Source: an uncultured virus (IMG/VR IMGVR_UViG_3300010355_000162)
Taxonomy: Duplodnaviria > Heunggongvirae > Uroviricota > Caudoviricetes
IMG/VR virus record: IMGVR_UViG_3300010355_000162
Length of the DNA: 20,000 nucleotides
Direction: 5' to 3' (one strand)
Part shown: piece after piece, positions 7,673-15,707 of the stretch
Layout: each line of letters opens with the position of its first letter
Position numbering within the stretch: the stretch's first letter is position 1
The notes under the pieces: model-generated
Told to the model about the DNA's origin: nothing
Databases searched by the model: none
Seen by the model: the letters and a program-made list of their open reading frames with translations, nothing else
Position numbers and translations under genes: made by a program

Positions 7673-8173
7673 CTACCCCGTCCGGTACCAGATCGCACCA
7701 ACCAGTACGAACGCGTTCCTCACTCCGAGTCCGGCTGCGCTGTGCGCGGGCAGCGTAGTGTTCGCCCCGACGGTGCCGACGATCGCCTGTATCGTAGTAC
7801 CCGCGGCGGGCGTTAGCGTAATTGACCCAGTCGACCCCGCGGCCCTGCTAAGGCTGATAAGGTGGTTGGCATCAAACACTCCTGCAAACGTGAGCGTGAT
7901 ATTGGTCGCGCCGTTCTGCACCACGATGAACGAGTCCGCTCCGGTTATGGTCCCCGTTGCGGTGACGACGCGGGCCGTACGAGTCGCGGGTACACGCAGC
8001 CCAGCGGCGGTGGCGGTTACTTTGTTTTGTTGCCCTGCGGCACTGGCGATCCGCACGCTACCTGTGAGCGTGTGGTTCGCTACCCCCGAAGTCGTGAAGT
8101 CGACCGTCGCCGAGTCGACCGCGATAAGTGTTGTGCCGGGGTCCCCCAGCTTGTGTTTGCCTCTGTGGGCCAT
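7673..8173 (-). CDS. Small fibre/spike-like virion protein
   Basis: Start re-assigned to ATG 8173 (GAGGGA RBS), 166 aa. Carries one copy of the 54-aa repeat of the giant protein and a beta-rich C-domain (TITGADSFIVV...ITLTF...ITLTPAAGTTI...VLVGAIWY) typical of fibre C-termini. Confidence 0.65.
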   Translation of the reverse strand: MAHRGKHKLGDPGTTLIAVDSATVDFTTSGVANHTLTGSVRIASAAGQQNKVTATAAGLRVPATRTARVVTATGTITGADSFIVVQNGATNITLTFAGVFDANHLISLSRAAGSTGSITLTPAAGTTIQAIVGTVGANTTLPAHSAAGLGVRNAFVLVGAIWYRTG

Positions 8174-8192
8174 GATCGTTCCCTCTGTAAAT

Positions 8193-8298
8193 CCCATCAC
8201 GCAGGGCGACACTCAGATCAATACCGCCCCGCAGGGCAGTGCTCGGATCAATACCGCCCCGCAGGGCAATGCTCGGATCAGTGCCGCCCCGTGATGGG
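8193..8298. repeat. Three tandem 30-bp imperfect palindromic repeats enclosed by a 9-bp inverted repeat (intergenic)
   Basis: Units: 8201-8230 gcagggcgacactcagatcaataccgcccc; 8231-8260 gcagggcagtgctcggatcaataccgcccc; 8261-8290 gcagggcaatgctcggatcagtgccgcccc. Flanks: cccatcacg (8193-8201) and cgtgatggg (8290-8298). Confidence 0.92.
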
Positions 8299-8311
8299 GC
8301 TCGCGTGTTTA

Positions 8312-9151
8312 TTATCCCGGTAGGCGCGTCTCGAACCAGCAGTTTGCTTGGTCCGGGTTGAACCCTGTATCTATCTCAAGACTGGTGTATCCGTTTGCTG
8401 CGGTCGCCGCCGCATTCTGTACGAACGGGTGCACCGCATGCGCGCATACTATCGTCCCGCTGGTGGGGCCTGTCAGCCGTGCGCGCTCGTCGTTCGGGTC
8501 TTGGATCGAGTACCGAAACTTGAAGTAGTTCGGGCGGTACATGCTTGCGTATCCGAACCCTCTCGGGTCTGCGGAGAGCCCGGAGGCGCGTATGAACGAG
8601 GGTACAAACAAGTTCGTTGTGTTGCCTGCACCTCCACCCGCCGTGGTCATGTAGCTAACCGCGGTCCGCACAAAATACAGCCCGAGGGTGTCGATGAAAA
8701 ACCGCTGCCCGACCTTAGTGACCGACCATTCAGACACACGCGGTCCTAGGTTCGCCGGGTCACCCCCGCGGAACCGGGACACAGGCAGTACAGGGGCCAC
8801 GGGTGACCCGCCGGTAGGCGATGCAAGTCCAGCGTCGCTGGGGATACCGTGCGTAGGGTGACGGTATCCGTTCGCTCCGCCGCCGTGGGCTTTGCGGCGC
8901 TCTTTGCGAAACCACAGTAGCTCAAGACGGAGGTCGAAGGCCAACGCCGCTTCGGGGACTTCAAGCGCGGTGAACACGGGGCACTTCGCCAGTGCCATCT
9001 TGGTACCGTCATGTAGCCGGGTGAAATCTACACCTGCGGGGTTGTGCAGTTGTAGCGGGCCGCTGTTCAGCAGTCCGCCGAGCGTGATATGAGGGACAGG
9101 CAGTACGATACCTGCCGCCGACTGGATTAAGGATGCGCCAGTGCCGCTCAT
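8312..9151 (-). CDS. Hypothetical protein, possibly virion-associated
   Basis: The likely start is ATG 9151 (ATGA overlap with the upstream stop), 279 aa. No family recognised. Confidence 0.65.
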   Translation of the reverse strand: MSGTGASLIQSAAGIVLPVPHITLGGLLNSGPLQLHNPAGVDFTRLHDGTKMALAKCPVFTALEVPEAALAFDLRLELLWFRKERRKAHGGGANGYRHPTHGIPSDAGLASPTGGSPVAPVLPVSRFRGGDPANLGPRVSEWSVTKVGQRFFIDTLGLYFVRTAVSYMTTAGGGAGNTTNLFVPSFIRASGLSADPRGFGYASMYRPNYFKFRYSIQDPNDERARLTGPTSGTIVCAHAVHPFVQNAAATAANGYTSLEIDTGFNPDQANCWFETRLPG

Positions 9152-9696
9152 TGCTGGGTCCACACTACGTTGAACGCAGAGTTGCCCTCAGCCTCGATAC
9201 TCATAGCCGAAAGCGCTTCTGCGATGTTAGAGCTGTCCTGTGCAACGCTCCACGTCTTCGTCTCACCTTGCGTGAGGAAGAGGCGGTTCGCAGAACCTGC
9301 GCCGGGGAAGTCGACGCGGACACGGTTTGCGCCGCCCGGAGTTGCGTCGGCTCGTAGGACGGTGACGGTGACGCTCTGCACGTAACCGAACGTATTACCT
9401 ACCCACGTAGTGCCGTTGCTATCGGGATCATACGCAGCGGCCAGCGTGCCTGATGCGTAGTTCGCGCCGAGGGGCCACACAGTACCGACTGTTGGCTTGC
9501 ATAGACCCGGAGTAACCGTTTCACCGGCACCGAGTGTGATCGGGATGTTCGCTGCATCGGTGTAACGCGTTGCGAACACGTACGCTTGACCGCTGGCGTT
9601 CGTGCGGTACTCCGTGTGGATCAACACCGGACCCAACGGGTTACCGGATGGGTCTACACGGCAACCTAAAACTGCGCTAAGTTGATTACATTTCAT
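9148..9696 (-). CDS. Fibre-like virion protein; N-terminal domain paralogous to 9772..10773
   Basis: 182 aa; N-terminal H.EYRT.A.G....ATRYTDA..IP...V.PG.C motif and beta-rich C-domain. Confidence 0.7.
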   Translation of the reverse strand: MKCNQLSAVLGCRVDPSGNPLGPVLIHTEYRTNASGQAYVFATRYTDAANIPITLGAGETVTPGLCKPTVGTVWPLGANYASGTLAAAYDPDSNGTTWVGNTFGYVQSVTVTVLRADATPGGANRVRVDFPGAGSANRLFLTQGETKTWSVAQDSSNIAEALSAMSIEAEGNSAFNVVWTQQ

Positions 9697-9722
9697 CGCG
9701 AAAATCCCTGTGAATTCGTGTG

Positions 9723-9756
9723 GCGCAGTACGCCGGTTTTACCCATTGTACTGCGC
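9723..9756. promoter_or_regulatory. Intergenic stem-loop
   Basis: gcgcagtac (9723-9731) and gtactgcgc (9748-9756) form a perfect 9-bp inverted repeat in the 75-nt gap; no U-tract. Confidence 0.55.
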
Positions 9757-9771
9757 GTCTAGGCTATCGGA

Positions 9772-10773
9772 CTAGCCCCAAGTTGCCACTACGCCGATCG
9801 GCGCTGCTACGTCGCAATCCTGATTGCATTTGCCGACGGTGCCGGTCGGGGTGTAAGGAGTAACGAGGTCGTTTGCGAAGTCGCCCGTTGTCGTGGTCGG
9901 CGCGCCCGCGGCGTCGAACAACGTAACCGTGCGTCGAACGAACTCCGTCACTACACCCGCCGCGCTAACGTCGCACAGTGGGATGAACTCCACGTCGGCT
10001 GGAACCACAGCGGCGGCAGGGCATGCGCCTTCTGCGAGCGTCAGCGGATCAACAGTAGCGGTCACGTCAATGCCGTCCAGTGTGTTCACGCGAACCAACG
10101 CCCCGGTGACCGCCGAGTACCACGCCTTGCCTTCGGTGCAGCCTGTAGCACTAGCAGCAGGAGAAGTAGCACCGACGAACGGAGTGACGGCGGGCAGCTT
10201 GTTGCTGTACTGCCCTGCGCCTGTCGGTCCGGCCCAAAATGTGTAGCTGCCGGGGGTAAGTGAAGGGTCAAACAGAACAACCGGTTGGTTCGTTGCTGGG
10301 TCTTCAGCGGCTACGATGCTTCCTGCGGGAAGCCCGAGTGCCGCCAACACCGCGTCAATGCCAGTCTGCGCGCTAGCCCACGGCAGGTCTGGTGTTGTGC
10401 CTGCGAACGGCAAACCATCCATTCCGTACACGTTGCCGCCGACCTCGATTGCGTGCAAGAAGAAGTCTGCCACGACGCTAGAGCCAGGGAAGTCGGCAGC
10501 GATGTTCGGGAAGTTCGGGAACTGGAACGCGCCCAAAGGCGTGCCCCAGTGTACAGGGTTCGCTACGAGCGTATCCGGCACGCAGGCACCGGGTTTCACG
10601 TTCGCTGGGTTCACGGTCACGGGTACGCCGTTAGCATCCGTGAAGCGCGTTGCGTGCAGGGTACGTGCCCCGTTCGCTGCGGTGCGGTACTCGTTGTGAA
10701 CGAACACCTGCGTAGGTATCCCTGCGTTATTCCAACACGCGAGGGATAAGGTCATATCAGAGCACTTACTCAT
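9772..10773 (-). CDS. Cys-module fibre-like virion protein
   Basis: 333 aa, GGAG RBS. Contains modules bounded by C...GxC, e.g. LCDVSAAGVVTEFVRR...TPYTPTGTVGKC. 8 Cys. Confidence 0.75.
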   Translation of the reverse strand: MSKCSDMTLSLACWNNAGIPTQVFVHNEYRTAANGARTLHATRFTDANGVPVTVNPANVKPGACVPDTLVANPVHWGTPLGAFQFPNFPNIAADFPGSSVVADFFLHAIEVGGNVYGMDGLPFAGTTPDLPWASAQTGIDAVLAALGLPAGSIVAAEDPATNQPVVLFDPSLTPGSYTFWAGPTGAGQYSNKLPAVTPFVGATSPAASATGCTEGKAWYSAVTGALVRVNTLDGIDVTATVDPLTLAEGACPAAAVVPADVEFIPLCDVSAAGVVTEFVRRTVTLFDAAGAPTTTTGDFANDLVTPYTPTGTVGKCNQDCDVAAPIGVVATWG

Positions 10774-10789
10774 CTTCTTTCTCCGTTAG

Positions 10790-11566
10790 TTACACGCCCC
10801 AAGTCGAAATAACTCCGACAGGGGTAGCTGGTTCACATTGAGCTGGCAAACACTCGCCGAAGGTCATCCCAACTGGCGGTGTCCCCCAAGCTCCTGTGAT
10901 TGGGTCTTGCCACAACGAGCCGAGTACGGTCGGCACAGGTGAGGCGTTGTCTGCGATTACCTGCATGCCGTTGATCGGTTGCCCGTTCAAGCAGCCGCGT
11001 ACGAGTACGACTTCGATACTGTCGTCGTCGGGTTGGAACAGTGGGCCGGTAGGTTCCGCTGCATTCGTTACGGTGTTCCAACGCGACAGTTCGGCTGGCG
11101 GTACAACGGTCACGTCGTACTGCACTATGACTGCCTCGTGCGCGGCGTTGACCAACGTCACGACTTCGCGGTCAGCTGCTGGCGTGCCGGTCGAGCAAAG
11201 GACTACCTTCTGTACGAAATCAGGGTGCGGGATCGACTGCACGATGCTGTTCGCTGTGGCTGGTACGAGCGCGTCCGCACAGGTGCGGCCTTGCACCGGC
11301 ACCGTCGAGCCGTTTGATGTACCGCAATCGAACGGCAGGTTCTCGCCAGTACCACACGGTACCTCGTCTGCCATTGTGTATCCGACGAGCGGGTTGTACG
11401 CGGGATCAAGCGCCGAGTAGGTCACTACACGAGTGCATCCAACGGCTGTGGTAGTAATCGTGCGCACTGCGCGAATCTTGGAGCATCCTGCGGGCAGGAG
11501 CTTCAAGCAGACTGCGGTCGCCTCGACCGAGTCCACGCACAGCGGTTTATTTGAGCATCCGTTCAT
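10790..11566 (-). CDS. Cys-module fibre-like virion protein
   Basis: 258 aa, 12 Cys, Thr/Val/Pro-rich; C-terminus homologous to that of 9772..10773. Confidence 0.75.
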   Translation of the reverse strand: MNGCSNKPLCVDSVEATAVCLKLLPAGCSKIRAVRTITTTAVGCTRVVTYSALDPAYNPLVGYTMADEVPCGTGENLPFDCGTSNGSTVPVQGRTCADALVPATANSIVQSIPHPDFVQKVVLCSTGTPAADREVVTLVNAAHEAVIVQYDVTVVPPAELSRWNTVTNAAEPTGPLFQPDDDSIEVVLVRGCLNGQPINGMQVIADNASPVPTVLGSLWQDPITGAWGTPPVGMTFGECLPAQCEPATPVGVISTWGV

Positions 11567-11833
11567 CTAGGCACCTGCAAATTCTGGGAATTGATACGCA
11601 GCGAAAGCAGTGAGCCCTGCACTCACCAACTCGTCATACACAACGCGGCGTTGTTTGCGGTCTACGTCTGCGAGCTTGCCGAAACGCACGGGTTCACCGA
11701 GTCGGTATAACCCGGCTCCCGCACCTTCGACGAACACTTGAACTGCTGGACGACCTTCCACCAGCACTGCGCGACGCAGAGCTGATGGGGCCGGTGCTGG
11801 TGCGCCGGCGGCGCATGCGGTACACGTTGTCAT
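11567..11833 (-). CDS. Small hypothetical protein with an N-terminal CxxC (CTAC)
   Basis: 88 aa; tiles exactly between its neighbours (2-nt and 0-nt gaps). Confidence 0.6.
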   Translation of the reverse strand: MTTCTACAAGAPAPAPSALRRAVLVEGRPAVQVFVEGAGAGLYRLGEPVRFGKLADVDRKQRRVVYDELVSAGLTAFAAYQFPEFAGA

Positions 11834-11835
11834 GT

Positions 11836-14800
11836 TTATACCTGTGTGTAGACTTCAGTGAATCGGCAGTCGGTACCCGGCAGGCCGGTCAAGCACTGTG
11901 GGTTGTACGCGCCGTTAGCGATGTCGGCACAGAACAAGCCGCCCGCGCCGCCCGATGGGTCGCTGTACGATCCAGCCGGTGAGTGACCCCACACGACGAC
12001 GGTGTACTGGTCGCCAGGGATGTTCGGTACGAACCACGAATTCGTGTAGACGCCCAGTGTCGCGCCGACCAGCGAGCCCGGTACTGGGTCCCATGTACTC
12101 GTGCCGGTGTTCCACTTGTACAACTCCCAGAACCCGAGGATTCCGTCACCAAGGTTATCGGTAGCGAAGTTACACATGTTCGGACCAGCGTTGAACTCCG
12201 TGCCAGCGGTGCCGATGATGATGCCGGTGCCGCCAGTGATGTTCACCGTCAAGCAGCACGGACCTGCGTAGGCCGGTGGCACACAGAAGACGCCGCCGTT
12301 ACCGATCGTGATGTTCTTGTTCGCGCAACCCGCGGTCTTTGCGATCAACTGCATCACTTCGGAGCCGACGACTGGGATCGGACCAGTAATGGTGACGACC
12401 GTGGTGCCGTTGGCGCTGATAGTCAGCGGCGTTACGCCGTTCAGCAAAACGGTGCCGTTGAATCGCTCTTCGATCGTAATCGTCTGGCCGGGACACAGTC
12501 CACTGACCGTTACGTCCATCACGTTACAGTCGGGGTTCGACGTGTTGTGTGGGGTACGCGCTGCGGCGGTGATAGTGAACGCGCACGGATCACACGCTGC
12601 GGTTGCAGTGTGCGTCACGATCGCCGACGTATTGTTACCGAGCACAGGATCGGTCACGCCTACGGGCGCTGCGACCGTTGCTTGGTTGTTGTACGCACCG
12701 GCAGTAGCAACGGTGCCGGTAACCGCGAACGATGCGCTGCCGCCGTTAGGCAACGTGGTGATCGCGTAGCCGCCTGCAAGGTCGAGCGCCGTAGGCGTAC
12801 CGCCTGCTGCACCGCTGCCGTACGTAGCGACGATGCCTGTGACGGTGAAGCCCGCAGGTAGCGAGTCGGTCACGATTGCGCCATCAGCTGCGCTCGGTCC
12901 CGTGTTCGACACCGTGACGGTGTATGTGAACGGGGTACCTGCGACGCCCGTCAACGGCAGTACGGTCTTCGTTACCGAAAGGTTCGCTTGGAGCGTAGCC
13001 GTGTGTGGGGCCGATGCCGAGTTGTTGCCCGGTACTGGGTCCGGGACGCCGCCCGGTGAAGTGATCGTGGCCGTGTTGTTGTACGAACCCGCGCCGCCAC
13101 CCGAGTAATCACCGAGGATCGTGAGGACGACAGAGCCGCCAGCAGGGAACGTGGTGATCGGATGACCTGCGGCCAGCATCACGTCGTCCGGCAGGGCCGT
13201 AACAGCGCCGCCGAACTGATTCTTCAGGATGCTGTCGACTACGAAGCCAGCGGGCAGCACGTCAGTGATGATCGCACCGTCAGCCGCGTCTGGTCCGTTG
13301 TTCGTGATGGTTACCGTGTACTCGATCTGCTGGCCTACGAGCGCCGACGACTGGTCTACAGTCTTCGTGATCGCCAAGTCCGCGCTGAGCGTAACCACCG
13401 ATGCGGTATGAGTCACGACAGCCGACGTGTTGTTCGCGAGTACAGGATCAATCACCGAGGCGGGTGGCTGCACGGATGCTTGGTTGTTGTACGCGCCTGC
13501 GGCGGCTACGGTACCCGTGATGGTGTACACGCACTCGCCGAGCGCCGGGAGCGTTGGGATGACGAAGCCGCCACTGAGCGCGGCGGCAGACGGGATAACA
13601 GACGACGCGCCGCCAGTGAAGCTAGCTGCGACGTTAGACACGCTGAAGCCCGCGGGAAGAACGTCCGTCAATACGGTGTTGTCCGCTGCGTCAGGACCGG
13701 CGTTGTAGACCGTGATGACGAAATCGAACGGGGTACCGGGCGTGCCAGTCAAAGCGGACACCGATTTGGTTACGCTCACGTCGGCTGTCAGCGCAGTGGC
13801 ACACAGGCCGACAGCGTCGCACACTGCGATGCGTACGCACGAGCCGTCAGCACGGCGTGCAACGATCGTGTCGCTTGCGCTTGCTGCTTCAATGCTCAAT
13901 GCGCCGATGCTGTCGCAGAGCGAAGGTGCCGGTGCGACGTATAAACCATCCGGGTTGACCATCACTGCGTTACCTGCGGTAGCGCTGATCTTCACTGCGG
14001 CTTGCAACGTATGGTTGTCGGTGCCGCTGGCGGTCAAGTCGACCGTAGGCGTGTCGTTCGCGACCAACGGAGTCTGCGCGGGAACCACTACCGGGGCTAC
14101 GTACAGGCCATCGGCGTTCACGCTGATTGCGTTACCTGCGGTCGCGCTCACCTTCACATCGGCTTGCAGCGTGTGGTTGTCGATACCGCTGGCGGTCAGG
14201 TCGACCGTAGCTGTATCGTTCGCGACCAGCGGAGTCTGCACACTGACCGGAGCCGCAGGTACGTACAGACCGTCTGCGTTCACTGCAAGCGTGTTGCCTG
14301 CGGTCGCACTCACCTTTACGTCGGCTTGCAATGTGTGGTTGTCCGTACCGCTAGCAGTCAAGTCAACCGTCGCCGTGTCGTTCGCAACCAAGGGGGTCTG
14401 AGCTGGTACTGCTGGGATCGTGATGACTGTTGCTGCTGAACCGTCACCAGGAGTGAACGTCCACTGGTTCACGCCGGACGCTACAAGCGTCGCGACCTGT
14501 GGAATGTTGCCTGCCTGGGTGCCGGAGTTCCAGCTGAACGGCGCAGCGTTGTTCGTCAGGGCTGCCGCTGGGTGCTGGGTCACGCACGCGTTAACCGCGT
14601 TGCAGAATCCGACCGCGTCAAACGCGTAGACGACTTCGTTCTCACCGTTGGCCGAGGCTGTCAACCATGCAGGCTGAGTGCCGGTAACCGTCTGATCAGG
14701 GTAGGCCGCAAGCACTGCTGCGTCGAACCCGGCTTGACTGAACGAGAACGTGATGATGTCGTCGCCAGCGCCTGTAGCGCCGAGCCACGAAGGCAGCGTT

Positions 14801-15387
14801 CCGAGGACCTGCTGCAAGGTCAACGGGGTTTGGGCTGGGATGCACGAGTTCACCGCTGCGCAGAACGCCGCTGCGTTGAACACGCCGATGTAACCGTCGC
14901 GTCCAGAAGGCGCGATAGTCAGGAACGAAGACAGCGCAACCGGCGCTGTACCACCGTTAAACAAGTGGAGTGGTGGGTTGTCCGCAACGCACTCTTCGCA
15001 GCATTTGTCTGCGCTCTCGGCTTCCGCAACGACGTACGGTACGCCTTCGGTGGCGGTGGAGTTGAACACCAACCAGCCGGGGCCGCAGATCGTTACGACT
15101 GGCTTCTCCGACGTGATGACCAACGGGGCACCGCAGCGCATGAATGGGACGGACAGGCCGCTGCCACAGTCTGCGCCGTCCTCAAGGTGTACGGAAATCT
15201 CGGTGCCTACTGGCAACGTATACGCCGTCAGCTTTAGGCATGCGCCGGACTCAAGCCGGGTGCGCACGGTCTTGCCGCTAGACGGGCCGAATAGTGGGCC
15301 GGTGATACCGCATACAACTTCAGCGGTAGGGCAGCAACCGTTACCGTCGACGCGGGTCACTTGGTTGGTGGAAGGGCGCTTAGCCAT
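11836..15387 (-). CDS. Giant multidomain fibre/adhesin-like virion protein with three DUF11-like Ig domains and internal repeats
   Basis: 1183 aa. Three A(D/N)(V/L)xxTK...xT(V/I)xNxGPxAAD...TDxLPAG...NN.A.V...DP...NN.S domains (about 13785-12600) match DUF11. Three 54-aa repeats, about 31 Cys, no signal peptide. Confidence 0.85.
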   Translation of the reverse strand: MAKRPSTNQVTRVDGNGCCPTAEVVCGITGPLFGPSSGKTVRTRLESGACLKLTAYTLPVGTEISVHLEDGADCGSGLSVPFMRCGAPLVITSEKPVVTICGPGWLVFNSTATEGVPYVVAEAESADKCCEECVADNPPLHLFNGGTAPVALSSFLTIAPSGRDGYIGVFNAAAFCAAVNSCIPAQTPLTLQQVLGTLPSWLGATGAGDDIITFSFSQAGFDAAVLAAYPDQTVTGTQPAWLTASANGENEVVYAFDAVGFCNAVNACVTQHPAAALTNNAAPFSWNSGTQAGNIPQVATLVASGVNQWTFTPGDGSAATVITIPAVPAQTPLVANDTATVDLTASGTDNHTLQADVKVSATAGNTLAVNADGLYVPAAPVSVQTPLVANDTATVDLTASGIDNHTLQADVKVSATAGNAISVNADGLYVAPVVVPAQTPLVANDTPTVDLTASGTDNHTLQAAVKISATAGNAVMVNPDGLYVAPAPSLCDSIGALSIEAASASDTIVARRADGSCVRIAVCDAVGLCATALTADVSVTKSVSALTGTPGTPFDFVITVYNAGPDAADNTVLTDVLPAGFSVSNVAASFTGGASSVIPSAAALSGGFVIPTLPALGECVYTITGTVAAAGAYNNQASVQPPASVIDPVLANNTSAVVTHTASVVTLSADLAITKTVDQSSALVGQQIEYTVTITNNGPDAADGAIITDVLPAGFVVDSILKNQFGGAVTALPDDVMLAAGHPITTFPAGGSVVLTILGDYSGGGAGSYNNTATITSPGGVPDPVPGNNSASAPHTATLQANLSVTKTVLPLTGVAGTPFTYTVTVSNTGPSAADGAIVTDSLPAGFTVTGIVATYGSGAAGGTPTALDLAGGYAITTLPNGGSASFAVTGTVATAGAYNNQATVAAPVGVTDPVLGNNTSAIVTHTATAACDPCAFTITAAARTPHNTSNPDCNVMDVTVSGLCPGQTITIEERFNGTVLLNGVTPLTISANGTTVVTITGPIPVVGSEVMQLIAKTAGCANKNITIGNGGVFCVPPAYAGPCCLTVNITGGTGIIIGTAGTEFNAGPNMCNFATDNLGDGILGFWELYKWNTGTSTWDPVPGSLVGATLGVYTNSWFVPNIPGDQYTVVVWGHSPAGSYSDPSGGAGGLFCADIANGAYNPQCLTGLPGTDCRFTEVYTQV
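13936..14400 (-). repeat. Three intragenic 162-bp tandem repeats
   Basis: QTPLVANDTATVDLTASGTDNHTLQADVKVSATAGN...VNADGLYV; the Gln codons fall at 14400, 14238 and 14076, a period of 162 bp. Confidence 0.92.
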
Positions 15388-15388
15388 G

Positions 15389-15676
15389 TTAGATTGCTCC
15401 GAATCGGTTGACTTGGTTTTCGATGTTCCCCAGCAGGATACGCATCGCGGTGTCGCGATCCGTGTTACCTACCGGAGTCGACATGAAGGGCTCGCTGTTG
15501 AACAGGGTCTTGCGCTGCCGTGCACGGCTGATGCCGTTGCCGGTGTACCATTGCTTGATACCAGCGCCGAACGTGACCTGGGTTTGCGCCGGTTCATCGG
15601 CGGATACCGTGCCAGCACCGTAAACAAGGTCGAAGACCGTGTTTCCTACCTTTAGCGTACGTCCGTCGAGATTCAT
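15389..15676 (-). CDS. Small SH3/KOW-like beta-barrel phage protein
   Basis: 95 aa; LKVGNTVFDLVYGAGTV...V.F...YT.NG...TLF.SEP resembles a common small phage beta-barrel family. Confidence 0.6.
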   Translation of the reverse strand: MNLDGRTLKVGNTVFDLVYGAGTVSADEPAQTQVTFGAGIKQWYTGNGISRARQRKTLFNSEPFMSTPVGNTDRDTAMRILLGNIENQVNRFGAI

Positions 15677-15707
15677 GGCGCTTGTTAGATCACTAATAAA
15701 GCGCCAT
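15675..15707. promoter_or_regulatory. Inverted repeat overlapping the start codon of 15389..15676 and the -10 box
   Basis: atggcgctt (15675-15683) and aagcgccat (15699-15707), with an inner ttag-atca-ctaa stem. Confidence 0.65.

Noticed and set aside
8174..8212. Upstream start at 8212 for the 7673 gene, and plus-strand ORFs reading through the 30-bp repeats
   Set aside because: ATG 8173 has a clear GAGGGA RBS; the extension lies within the repeat element.
8201..8290. CRISPR mini-array
   Set aside because: The 30-bp units abut directly with no unique spacers, and no cas genes are present.
13936..14400. DGR template/variable repeats
   Set aside because: These are in-frame tandem coding repeats differing mostly at synonymous sites, not adenine-specifically, and there is no reverse transcriptase in the window.
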